The notes: generated by a model from the letters alone, not told the origin. A DNA stretch of 32,298 nt from Gemmatimonadota bacterium (GCA_046262555.1 JBHENR010000028.1:1-32298); one strand, 5' to 3'; numbered from the stretch's first letter, positions 7,328-15,731 are shown. Made by a program: numbers and translations.

Positions 7328-8041
7328 TTGCCCGCCGGCCGCGGCCGGCTGGTGGTGTTCGACGTCACCGGAACGCTCCTCACCCCCGCCGGCTCGGTGG
7401 GCGCGGTCTACGCCGACGCCGCGCGCGCGGCCGGGGGCGCGTTCGAAGCCGCCACGCTCGACACCGCCTTCGGCCGCGCGCTCGGCGCGGCCCCTCCGCT
7501 CGCGTTCGGCCACCTCGGTCCTGGCGATCGGGAGGCCGCCGAGCGCGACTGGTGGCGGGGGGTGGCCCGGAGCGCGCTGGGCGCGCTGCCGCCGGCGTTT
7601 GGCTTCGACCCCTTCTTCGACCGGGTCTGGCGCCACTTCAGCGAACCCCGCGCCTGGCGCGTCTACCCTGAGGTGCGGCTGGCGCTCCGGGCGCTCCGCC
7701 GCACTGGCCACCCGCTGGCCGTCCTCTCGAACTGGGACAGCCGCCTGCCGCCCCTGCTCGAGGCCCTGCGACTCGGCGGGTACTTCGCCCGGGTTCTGGT
7801 CTCGAGCGCGCTGCCCGCGGCCAAGCCGGATCCGGCGGCCTTTGCCGCGGCGACCACCGCGCTCGACGGGGTGGGCAACGGCGTCCCCATCATGGTCGGT
7901 GACCGGCTCGACCACGATGTCCTGCCGGCGCGGGCGGCCGGCTGGGACGCGGTCTGGCTCGACCGCCGCGGGGACGCGGCGCCGCCCGGCATCGCGCGCG
8001 TAACCGATCTGCGCGACCTCGCGCGGGACGAAGGCGCTTGA
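7328..8041 (+). CDS. HAD-superfamily hydrolase
   Basis: Motif I VVFDVTGTLL, motif II LAVLSNWDS, and motifs III/IV AAKPDP...MVGDRLDHDV. Start candidates are TTG 7328, GTG 7352, or CTG 7319, which overlaps the upstream stop as CTGA. The N-terminal part of track ORF 6902..8041 is shadow. Confidence 0.8.
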   Translation: MPAGRGRLVVFDVTGTLLTPAGSVGAVYADAARAAGGAFEAATLDTAFGRALGAAPPLAFGHLGPGDREAAERDWWRGVARSALGALPPAFGFDPFFDRVWRHFSEPRAWRVYPEVRLALRALRRTGHPLAVLSNWDSRLPPLLEALRLGGYFARVLVSSALPAAKPDPAAFAAATTALDGVGNGVPIMVGDRLDHDVLPARAAGWDAVWLDRRGDAAPPGIARVTDLRDLARDEGA

Positions 8042-8880
8042 CGCCTCCCGCGGGCGACTCCTACTCTCGTGGCGTGTCCCGCGCATTCTTCGCCGGCGCC
8101 CCGCCTCGTCAGATCGCCCACCGGGGCGCCAGCGGCACGCATCCCGAAAACACGATCGAGGCGTTTCGCGCGGCCCGTGCCGCCGGGGCGCAGGGGATCG
8201 AGCTCGACGTCCACCGCAGCACCGATGGCGAGATCGTGGTCATCCATGACGGCACGCTCGAACGGACGACCGACGGGCGGGGCGAGGTGCGCACCCGGAC
8301 GCTGGCCCAGCTCCAGGCGCTCGACGCCGGCTATCATTTCTCCGCCGATGGCGGTCGCACCCACCCGTTTCGGGGGACGGGGGTCCGCATTCCCATGCTC
8401 CGGGAGGTGTGCGAGACGTTCCCCGAGGTGCCCATGATCCTCGAGATCAAGCAGTGTGAGCCGCATCTGGAGCAGGACTTGGCACGAATACTGCAAGAAA
8501 CGGGGGCTGTCGAGCGGACACTGGTGTTTTCGCTCGACCAGGAGCCGGTCGGCCGTTACCGGGCGATGGGTCGCGACCGCCCTACGGGCTTCGGTCCCGC
8601 CGAGGTAGCCGACTTTCTGCGCCGCGTGGCGTCCGGCGACTGGCTGGGGTACCGGCCCGACGCGCTCGCCTTTGCGGTGCCGGTTCGGCACGAGGGGACC
8701 CAGATCATCAGCGCGCCGTTCCTCGAGGCCGCGCATCGCTTTGGCCGCGAAGTCTATGTGTGGACGGTGAACGATCCGCGGCAGATGCATACGCTGCTCG
8801 ATCTGGGAGTGGATGGACTGATCAGTGATTTTCCTGAACGGCTGCGCGCGGTCATCGCCGAGCGCGCGGTTTCGCCCTGA
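8038..8880 (+). CDS. Glycerophosphodiester phosphodiesterase (GDPD family)
   Basis: 280 aa with IAHRGASGTHPENTIEAF, GIELDVHRSTDGEIVVIHDGTLERTTDG and VYVWTVNDP. Its TTG start overlaps the HAD stop as TTGA. Confidence 0.85.
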   Translation: MTPPAGDSYSRGVSRAFFAGAPPRQIAHRGASGTHPENTIEAFRAARAAGAQGIELDVHRSTDGEIVVIHDGTLERTTDGRGEVRTRTLAQLQALDAGYHFSADGGRTHPFRGTGVRIPMLREVCETFPEVPMILEIKQCEPHLEQDLARILQETGAVERTLVFSLDQEPVGRYRAMGRDRPTGFGPAEVADFLRRVASGDWLGYRPDALAFAVPVRHEGTQIISAPFLEAAHRFGREVYVWTVNDPRQMHTLLDLGVDGLISDFPERLRAVIAERAVSP

Positions 8881-8899
8881 GGCGAGGGGAGAACCGAAC

Positions 8900-9700
8900 G
8901 TGCCGGATGCGAAGACGCTCAGCGCCGCGCTCGATGCGGTAGACGTCGGCATGGCCCTGGTGGGGCCCGACTGGCTGGTGCAGTTCTGCAATGTCGCCTA
9001 CGGCGAAACGGTAGGCGCCGCGCCCGAGGAACTGATCGGCTCCTCGATCTTCGCCGACGCCTGCCCGTGTGAATCGCTCGCCGCCCAAGAGGCCAGCTGG
9101 GACGACGGCGTCCTGATCAGTGTCAGCGGGGAAAGCCCGCTGGGGAACATGGTGGACGTCGTCGTGAGGCCGGTTATGCCGGGGTCCGATGTCCGGCTGG
9201 TCGTCGTGCAGCGCGCCTTCGTGCGCGCCGTCACGGGCCGGCGGTTGCCGCCTGACGTCACGACCGAGCTGCACGACATCGTCGCCGAGCTGACCGGTCA
9301 CACGACCGAGCAGACGGCGCTCGAGGCCGCGCCGCTGTCGATTCTGATGCTCGGCGTCGAGGGGATCGCCGCGCTGCGCGAGCAGCACGGTTCAGAGGCG
9401 GTCGAGCCGATCCTCCGCGAAGTGGCACAGGTGCTCGTGCTGCAGAAGCGGAAGGCCGACATCATCAGCCGCTACGGCGACGGGCAGTATCTGATTCTGG
9501 CGCCCGAGACGCCCCGCTACGGCGCCTCGATGCTGGCCGAGCGCATCCGCCGCCGGGTCTCCGCCCTCGACATCACGACGGGCGTCGGCGGACCCCCGGT
9601 GACGCTGCTGACCTACGCCAGCGAGTATCGGCCCCACCTGGATGGAACGGTCCGCGAGGCGATCGCCCGCGCGGCGGCCGCGACGACCACGCCCCGGTAA
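8900..9700 (+). CDS. PAS domain protein with a degenerate GGDEF domain
   Basis: GTG start at 8900 with GAGGGGA upstream (8884-8890). PAS-like N-terminus: LDAVDVGMALVGPDWLVQFCNVAYGETVGAAPEELIG. The GGDEF-fold C-terminus carries RYGDGQY (9470-9490) where RxGG(D/E)EF is expected. Confidence 0.75.
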   Translation: MPDAKTLSAALDAVDVGMALVGPDWLVQFCNVAYGETVGAAPEELIGSSIFADACPCESLAAQEASWDDGVLISVSGESPLGNMVDVVVRPVMPGSDVRLVVVQRAFVRAVTGRRLPPDVTTELHDIVAELTGHTTEQTALEAAPLSILMLGVEGIAALREQHGSEAVEPILREVAQVLVLQKRKADIISRYGDGQYLILAPETPRYGASMLAERIRRRVSALDITTGVGGPPVTLLTYASEYRPHLDGTVREAIARAAAATTTPR

Positions 9701-9754
9701 CACGCCCGCTCCGCGTTGACACGGCCCGGCGGGGCCGGTAAGCTCGCCCGCCAG

Positions 9755-11557
9755 ATGCCCCTGCGTTACCTCGACGGGATCCGCCTCCGCCGCGCGGCGA
9801 CCGCAGCTGCGCGCTGGGTCAGCCAGCGACAGGAAAATCTCAACGGGATCAACGTGTTCCCGGTCGCCGACGGCGACACGGGGACCAATCTCGCCGCGAC
9901 GCTGGTCAGCGCCGTCGAGCGCGCCCAGCGGCTCCGTGGCCGGGCGGTGGGACCCGTCAGCCGGGCGCTGGCCGACGGCGCGCTGTATGGCGCCTGCGGC
10001 AACTCGGGCGCCATCCTGGCCCAGTTCTTCGAAGGGTTCGCGGGCGGGCTCGAAGGCCGCCGGCGAGCGGGCGCCACGGCATTGGCCGCAGCCGCCGCGC
10101 GCGCGAGCGCCGCCGCCCAGGCCGCCCTCGAACGCCCCCGCGAGGGGACCATTCTCTCGGTCATGCGCGCCTGGTCCGATCGCTTCGCCACCCGCGGCGC
10201 GGTGGAGGGGGCCGACCTGCTCGAGGTCTTCCGCGACTCGCTGGACGCCGCCCACGAGGCGCTGGCGCGCACGCCGCAGCAGCTGCGCGAGCTGGCCGCG
10301 GCGGGCGTGGTGGATGCCGGAGCCCAGGGGTTCGTCTACTTCCTCGAGGGGATTCTCCACTTCGCCGAGGGGCGGCTCGCCGGCGCCGTGATCGAGGACG
10401 GCGACCACGCCGCCCCACTCGAGCGCGCCGTGATCACCGAGGCGCCTCAGGATATCACCTTTCGCTACTGCACCGAGTGCCTGGTGGAGGGCGACGCCCT
10501 CTCGCTGCCGGCGCTGCGGGACGCGGTGTCCGCGCTGGGCGACTCGCTGGTAGTGGCGGGCTCGCCGCGGCGGATCCGCATCCATATCCATACCGACTCC
10601 CCGAACGCCGTCTTCACCGCCGCCCGCGCGTTCGGCGTGGTGGTCCACACCAAGGCCGACGACATGCACGCCCAGCATCGCGCCCGGTTCACCCGCGGGC
10701 TGGTGGCGATCGTTACCGACACCGCGGCCGACCTGCCCGAGCGCGAGCTGCAACGGCTGCGGATCCACGCCGTGCCGCTCCGCGTCCTGCTCGGCAGCAA
10801 GGTGTACCTCGACAAGCAGACCCTGCGGCCGGACGAGATCTACGAGCGCCTCACCCGCGGCGAGCGGAGCGTGCGCACGTCGCAGCCGGCGGCGGGGGAC
10901 TACGCGGCGCTGTACGCGTACCTGTTCGAGCACTATGCGGCCGTGGTGGCGCCGAGCCTGTCCGGCGGACTCTCGGGAACGATTCAGGCGGCCCGCACCG
11001 CGGCGGCGTCGGTGGACGACGCGCGCATCACCGTGCTCGACACCGGCACCGCGTCGATCGCTCAGGGGCTGATCGTCCAGGCGGCCGCCGAGTGCGCGCT
11101 GGCCGGCGGCGGCGTGGAGGCGGTCGTCGCGGCGACGGAGGACGCCAAGCGGCGGGTCCGGTTCCAACTGGCGGTCCCGACCCTGGAGTACATCCTCCGG
11201 AGCGGTCGCGTCGCCGGTTGGAAGGTCGGTCTGGCGCAGCGGCTGGGGCTGGTGCCCATCCTGTCGATACGAACCGACAGCGGAGCCCTTCGCCTGGCGC
11301 GCCTGGCGCGCCGCGGACGGGTGCACCGCACCGCGCTGGCCGCGGTCCGCCGGCTGGTCCGGGCCGAAGCCACGCCGCCGGAACGGATCTGGATCGCGCA
11401 CGCCGCCGCGCCTTCAGTCGCCGAGTCGTATCGCGCCGCGCTCGCCCGGACGGCGCCGGATGCCGAGCTGTCGGTGCTCGAGGTCGGCCCCGCGCTGGGC
11501 GCCCACACCGGACCCGGCGCGGTCGCGGTCGCCTACCTGGCGGCGCCCCCTCGATGA
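9755..11557 (+). CDS. Dak2 (DhaL) domain / DegV (EDD fold) fusion protein, FakA/YloV-related
   Basis: N-terminal Dak2 motif: LNGINVFPVADGDTGTNL. The middle region resembles YloV (FRYCTECLVEG...GDSLVVAGSPRRIRIHIHTDSP). The C-terminus looks like a genuine DegV domain: VAIVTDTAADLP...AVPLRVLLGSKVYLD...RTSQPAAGDY...SLSGGLSGT. An ATG at 9755 is preferred over the TTG at 9716. Confidence 0.85.
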   Translation: MPLRYLDGIRLRRAATAAARWVSQRQENLNGINVFPVADGDTGTNLAATLVSAVERAQRLRGRAVGPVSRALADGALYGACGNSGAILAQFFEGFAGGLEGRRRAGATALAAAAARASAAAQAALERPREGTILSVMRAWSDRFATRGAVEGADLLEVFRDSLDAAHEALARTPQQLRELAAAGVVDAGAQGFVYFLEGILHFAEGRLAGAVIEDGDHAAPLERAVITEAPQDITFRYCTECLVEGDALSLPALRDAVSALGDSLVVAGSPRRIRIHIHTDSPNAVFTAARAFGVVVHTKADDMHAQHRARFTRGLVAIVTDTAADLPERELQRLRIHAVPLRVLLGSKVYLDKQTLRPDEIYERLTRGERSVRTSQPAAGDYAALYAYLFEHYAAVVAPSLSGGLSGTIQAARTAAASVDDARITVLDTGTASIAQGLIVQAAAECALAGGGVEAVVAATEDAKRRVRFQLAVPTLEYILRSGRVAGWKVGLAQRLGLVPILSIRTDSGALRLARLARRGRVHRTALAAVRRLVRAEATPPERIWIAHAAAPSVAESYRAALARTAPDAELSVLEVGPALGAHTGPGAVAVAYLAAPPR

Positions 11558-11805
11558 GCGTGGTCGTCTACTCGACCGATTTCTGCGGCTACTGCGACCG
11601 CGCCAAGGCCCTGCTGGCGCTACGGAAGATTCCGTTCGACGAGGTCCTGCTCTCGCGATCGGAAGAGGGGCTCGCCCGGCTGGCGGCGGTCGCGCCGCGC
11701 GGCCGCACCTTCCCCCAGATCGTCATTCACGGTCGCCCGATCGGCGGCTACGCCGAACTGGCGGCCCTCGACCGTGGCGACGAACTGACCCGGCTGGTCG
11801 GATGA
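11554..11805 (+). CDS. grx: Glutaredoxin
   Basis: 83 aa: VVVYSTDFCGYCDRAKALLALRKIPFDEV...TFPQIVIHGRPIGGYAEL. The active site reads CGYC. The ATG overlaps the upstream stop as ATGA. Confidence 0.85.
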   Translation: MSVVVYSTDFCGYCDRAKALLALRKIPFDEVLLSRSEEGLARLAAVAPRGRTFPQIVIHGRPIGGYAELAALDRGDELTRLVG

Positions 11806-12899
11806 ACGCCGGACGACTGGACCGGGCCCGCGCGGAGACGGAGGCGAGCGGCTGGGCCGGCGTACTGGCGACGCCGGGCATCAATTTCACCTGGCTGACG
11901 GGCCTCGCGCTGGACCGCTCCGAGCGCTTGACCTGCCTGGGGGTGCCCCGGCGCGGGACGCCCTGGATCGTCTGTCCCGCCTTCGAGGCCGAGCGGCTTG
12001 GGGCGGCGCTGGCCGGCATCGAGATCATTTCCTGGGAGGAGTCCGATGATCCCTTTGCGCTCGCCGCGCGGCAGTGCGCGGCCGCCACCGGACCCTGGGC
12101 GCTCGAGCCGACCACCGAGTGGCACGACGGCACGCGGCTGATGGCCGCGATGCCGGCGACGGCGGTGGAAGACGGCGCGGCGCTGTTCGCCGCGCTCCGC
12201 CGGCGGAAGGACGCGGGAGAAATCCAGGCGCTCCGGCGCGCGATCGCTGACGCCTGGGCGGTTTACGACGCGATCCTGCCGGAGCTGGCGCCCGGGGCGA
12301 CTGAGCGGGAGGTGGCCGACCGCGTGCTGGCGCTGTTCGGGGCGCGCGGCTGCCAGGGATGGGCGCTGGTCCAGTTCGGTCCCGGCAGCGCGGTGCCGCA
12401 CGGCGAGTCGGGCGCGCGGGCGCTCGAGCCCGGGCAGGCGGTGCTGTTCGACTGGGGGGGCTGGCGGGACGGCTTCACCGCCGACCTGACCCGCACCATC
12501 TGGTGGGAGGGCGGCTCGGTGCCAGCGGCCGACGCGCCGGCACCGTTCCGCGCGATTCAGGAACTGGTTCGTTCCGCCCAGCGGGCCGCGCTCGAACGGG
12601 CCGGCCCGGGCGTCGCCTGCGGGGCGGTCGATGCGGCGGCGCGCGATGTCATCACCGCCGCCGGGCACGGCCCGCAGTTCACCCACCGGCTGGGCCACGG
12701 GCTGGGGTTGGAGATCCACGAGGCGCCCTATCTCGTGACGGGCAGCCCTGTTCCGCTGGCGCCGGGAGATGTCGTCACGGTGGAGCCTGGCGTCTACCTG
12801 CCGGGTATACTGGGGGTGCGGTGGGAGGACGACGTCCTGGTGACCGACGGCGGCATCGAGGTCCTCTCCCATCGCGCCGCAACGGAGGAGGCACCATGA
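11802..12899 (+). CDS. M24-family Xaa-Pro peptidase
   Basis: Pita-bread metal ligands: FDWGGWRDGFTADLTRT, HRLGHGLGLEIHEAP, VTVEPGVY and VRWEDDVLV. The ATG overlaps the grx stop as ATGA. Confidence 0.85.
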   Translation: MNAGRLDRARAETEASGWAGVLATPGINFTWLTGLALDRSERLTCLGVPRRGTPWIVCPAFEAERLGAALAGIEIISWEESDDPFALAARQCAAATGPWALEPTTEWHDGTRLMAAMPATAVEDGAALFAALRRRKDAGEIQALRRAIADAWAVYDAILPELAPGATEREVADRVLALFGARGCQGWALVQFGPGSAVPHGESGARALEPGQAVLFDWGGWRDGFTADLTRTIWWEGGSVPAADAPAPFRAIQELVRSAQRAALERAGPGVACGAVDAAARDVITAAGHGPQFTHRLGHGLGLEIHEAPYLVTGSPVPLAPGDVVTVEPGVYLPGILGVRWEDDVLVTDGGIEVLSHRAATEEAP

Positions 12900-13303
12900 A
12901 GCCCACCATCCTGCTGCTCCTGACGATTCTTCTGTCGAGCTGCTCGAGCAACGTCTTGACGGACGACCGCGACGCGGGCATCAACGGCACACTCGCCGGC
13001 GTTGTCTCGATCGGCCCGATCTGCCCGGTGGAGCAGGAGGGCGTGCCCTACCCACCGCCCCCCGCGATGTACGAAGGGGTCAAGGTGCTGGTCTACAACG
13101 CCGCCGGCACGCGGCTGATCGAGCGCGTCTCCGTCAACGGCCAGGGCAACTACCAGGTGGCGCTCGCCCCCGGCACCTACCGCGTCAGGCTCGACCATGA
13201 CCTGGGCATCGACCGCGGCGCCAGCGAGCAGTCCCGCCAGGTCGCCATCGCCCCCTCGACCACGACCGAGGAGAACTTCGACATCGACACCGGCATCCGA
13301 TAG
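12896..13303 (+). CDS. Small lipoprotein, function unknown
   Basis: 135 aa. Signal peptide plus lipobox: MKPTILLLLTILLSSC. The rest is beta-rich (VKVLVYNAAGTRLIERVSVNGQGNYQVALAPGTYRVRL). The ATG overlaps the upstream stop as ATGA. Confidence 0.7.
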   Translation: MKPTILLLLTILLSSCSSNVLTDDRDAGINGTLAGVVSIGPICPVEQEGVPYPPPPAMYEGVKVLVYNAAGTRLIERVSVNGQGNYQVALAPGTYRVRLDHDLGIDRGASEQSRQVAIAPSTTTEENFDIDTGIR

Positions 13304-13359
13304 CAGGCAGGTGCTCGGCGAAGCTACAAGTAGTTAGGTAGGTGGTGGCCGCTTAAATC

Positions 13360-13398
13360 GGCGCGCCAATCCAGGCGCGCCCGGAAGTGGCGCCGTTT
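13360..13398. terminator. GC-rich hairpin region between two convergent genes, a possible bidirectional terminator
   Basis: GGCGCGCC-AATCCA-GGCGCGCC (13360-13381) is followed by GGAAGTGGCGCCGTTTT. The T-run ends at the stop codon of the minus-strand gene (13399). Confidence 0.3.
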
Positions 13399-15339
13399 TC
13401 AGCGGCCCGGAGGCGCTCCACACACCCACTCATAAGGCACCGGCCGCGCGGAAGGCACCAACCCACCCCGGTAGGTGTTTGAGCTGTCCGTGTCGGGGCT
13501 TTGATTCCCCGGCGACCGGCTGTACAAAATCCCCCCCGCATCCTCGTCGAAGCTGGTCAGCGCCATCGCCGAGATCGAAGGGGTCATCAAGCTCGGCGTC
13601 CGGCCGTCCATGTGGCCGAGCCCGAGCGCATGCCCCAGTTCGTGGCCAAGGACCGCGCCGCGGGAGGTCGCTGAGGTGCGGACCAGGCTGAAGCGGAGCC
13701 AGATGATACCGCTGGAGATGATCCGCGAGCCGTCCCAGAACGTGCGCGCCAGCCCCACGGTCCGGGGGCCGCTGTAGCGGCTGGCATTCTCATCGAAATG
13801 GATGACGATCGTTCCGGGTGTGCCGTCCGGCGGCGGCGCCGACCCGGCCGTCACCGAGGCGGCGTGGATCGCTCCGTTCGACCACCCCGCGATGTACCCC
13901 GCGACCGCGCCCTGGACCTGCGTGATCCAGGACGTGAGCTCGGCGCCGGCCGCGATGCCGGAGCCGCGGGTGTCGATGTAGACGGTGGGGTGAGCCATCC
14001 AGCGAATCGTGCGCGGCTCGTACTCCCGCGCGATGTCATTGAAGGCGGCCATGTCGAACGCGTCGGGAATCGCCGGCCAGCGCGAGTCGCTCGAGCGCGC
14101 GAAGGTCGTGCGGCGGTGCACGCCGGGGCCGCTGATCACGAGCGCGCGCAATGACCCGGAGGCGGTCCCGGGAACGGTGAACTGGCCGTTGGCGTCGGTC
14201 GTCGCGGTCGCGTCGGCGTAGGAAACCGAGACACCGGCCACGCCCGTGCCGGAGAACTGATCCACTACGCGCCCGGCCAGCGCGACCGTGCCCGTGGGCG
14301 GCGGGGGCGTCGGGGGTGGAGCGGTGGCGGTCACCGTCGCCGTCACGGGCACGGTCACCGCGCCGCCGTTGGATGTCAGCCGCACGATCGCGGAATGGGT
14401 GCCGGCGGCGAGGGTGCCGCGCGTCGCGGTGACGGTGAGCTCCTGCGTGGCGTGGGGCGCGATCGTGCCGGAATCCGGCGACCGGGTCAGCCAGGCCGCG
14501 CTGGCGGTGGCCAGCCAGTTCAACGGGCGGCCGCCTTCATTGACGAGCGTGACGATGCGGGTGGTTTCGGTGGCGCCGAAATCGAGCGGAACGGGCAGCG
14601 CGTGGAGCCGCGCGGGGGCGGCGACTTCGACCCGCAGGGCGACGGTGCCGGCCCCGCCATTGGAGGTCAGGGTGAGGGGGGCCTCATGCAGGCCGTCCGG
14701 CAGAGCGCCCCGCTGGGGGGTCACCGCGATCTGCGCCGTGGCGCCACCGGCGACGGTGCCGGCCGCGGGGCTGAGCGCGACCCAGGACGGACCGCTGAGC
14801 GTCCACGTGAGCGGCGCGGCGCCCGGATTCGACAGGAGCACCGTGGCGGTCGCGTCGTCGGGCGTGAGCGTCAGCACGCTGGGATCGAGGACGGCGAGCG
14901 GCGTGGCCGCGACGTCGGCTTCGACGGCGACGTCGAACGACCGGGCACCGAGCACGAAGCGCGCGCCTCCGCGATGGGTGCCGGCGGCGAGCCCCAGCCG
15001 GGTCACGCGCAGCCGGACGTCGGATTCTCCCGCGCTCAACGTTCCGCTGGTCGGCGTCGCGGTGAGCCAGGGAACGGAGAGCTCGAGCTGCCACGCCACC
15101 GGGGAGACGCCATGATTGGCGAGCCGCACGATCTGCTCATCGTCGGCCGGCTCGAACCGGATCGAGGTAGCCGAGACACCGACCCCGTCGGGGGTCCCGG
15201 GCGGATCAGACGGATCGTCGGGTCCCGCGGGCGTGTCTGGCTTGTCGCACGCGCTGAGGAAAAGCCCCAGCGCGACGGCGAGCGTCGGCAGCGAGCGCAG
15301 GGCCAGACAGAACCATAGGTAGGGTGAGCGCATCAGCAT
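13399..15339 (-). CDS. Secreted or lipoprotein metzincin metalloprotease with N-terminal Ig/BACON-like repeats
   Basis: 646 aa. Signal/lipobox: LAVALGLFLSAC. About four repeats of the type PLTWTLSGPSWVALSPAAGTV..GATAQIAVT. A CarboxypepD_reg-like segment follows (LAGRVVDQFSGTGVAGVSVSY..TDANGQFTV). The C-terminal zinc site is HELGHALGLGH (HExxHxxGxxH), with a Met-turn candidate SLMTP. Confidence 0.8.
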   Translation of the reverse strand: MLMRSPYLWFCLALRSLPTLAVALGLFLSACDKPDTPAGPDDPSDPPGTPDGVGVSATSIRFEPADDEQIVRLANHGVSPVAWQLELSVPWLTATPTSGTLSAGESDVRLRVTRLGLAAGTHRGGARFVLGARSFDVAVEADVAATPLAVLDPSVLTLTPDDATATVLLSNPGAAPLTWTLSGPSWVALSPAAGTVAGGATAQIAVTPQRGALPDGLHEAPLTLTSNGGAGTVALRVEVAAPARLHALPVPLDFGATETTRIVTLVNEGGRPLNWLATASAAWLTRSPDSGTIAPHATQELTVTATRGTLAAGTHSAIVRLTSNGGAVTVPVTATVTATAPPPTPPPPTGTVALAGRVVDQFSGTGVAGVSVSYADATATTDANGQFTVPGTASGSLRALVISGPGVHRRTTFARSSDSRWPAIPDAFDMAAFNDIAREYEPRTIRWMAHPTVYIDTRGSGIAAGAELTSWITQVQGAVAGYIAGWSNGAIHAASVTAGSAPPPDGTPGTIVIHFDENASRYSGPRTVGLARTFWDGSRIISSGIIWLRFSLVRTSATSRGAVLGHELGHALGLGHMDGRTPSLMTPSISAMALTSFDEDAGGILYSRSPGNQSPDTDSSNTYRGGLVPSARPVPYEWVCGAPPGR

Positions 15340-15616
15340 CCTGTCGATCGTGAAGGTAGGGAGTCGGCCCGCGGTCTGCCGGGTCTACTGCACTCCCCGT
15401 ACCACCGCGGGGGGAGCCGCCGCCCGCGAATCCCAGGAGAACAGGCCCGAAACCCCCCGCGCCCGGAAAAGTCGGGGTGGGAAGGGCTCGAGCGGTCATG
15501 GGGGCCCCCCGGACGGCTTCTCATGAACCCCGCAGGAGAAGCCGGGGTTCATTATTGTGGCCTCGCGCAGGCAAAGAAAAGCGCTTCCGGAGGGGCGGTT
15601 TCGAGGCCCCGCCGCC

Positions 15617-15645
15617 TTGCCCTCCCGCGAAACGCCTGTTACGAT
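15617..15645 (+). promoter_or_regulatory. Candidate sigma70-type promoter TTGCCC-17 nt-TACGAT for the trp leader
   Basis: TTGCCC at 15617-15622, a 17 nt spacer, and TACGAT at 15640-15645. This is a sequence match only. Confidence 0.3.
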
Positions 15646-15656
15646 GAGCGCCGATC

Positions 15657-15731
15657 ATGACCAACGTCCTCGCCCGCCCGACTGTTCTTTCCGCAACCCG
15701 CTGGTTTACGTCGTGTGGGGGCAGCGGGTAG
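15657..15731 (+). CDS. Candidate trp leader peptide (24 codons, one Trp codon)
   Basis: ATG 15657 gives MTNVLARPTVLSATRWFTSCGGSG, ending at TAG 15729-15731. The Trp codon is at 15702-15704, inside the 5' arm of a possible stem (15696-15703 pairing with 15722-15729). An alternative 41-codon ORF in another frame (15644-15766) has two Trp codons. The ORF is too short for the track. Confidence 0.3.
   Translation: MTNVLARPTVLSATRWFTSCGGSG

Noticed and set aside
9392-11401. 669 aa minus-strand ORF, and similar long shadow ORFs at 7663..8991 -, 11748..12872 -, 15817..17118 -, 18082..19641 -, 18923..20347 -, 19954..20991 -, 21186..22415 -, 22118..23800 -, 24540..26198 -, 26020..27057 - and 27555..28970 +
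   Set aside because: Each lies opposite or out of frame to a gene with clear family motifs. Each has a low-complexity Arg/Gly/Pro/Ala composition and no recognisable domain.
15399-15410. T-box-like GGTGGTAC core on the minus strand (plus strand GTACCACCGCGG), upstream of the protease gene
   Set aside because: Only part of the T-box consensus matches: it is followed by GGGG, not CGCG. No specifier-loop or terminator context is present, and the downstream gene is a secreted protease, not an aminoacyl-tRNA synthetase or amino-acid gene. It is most likely fortuitous in GC-rich DNA.
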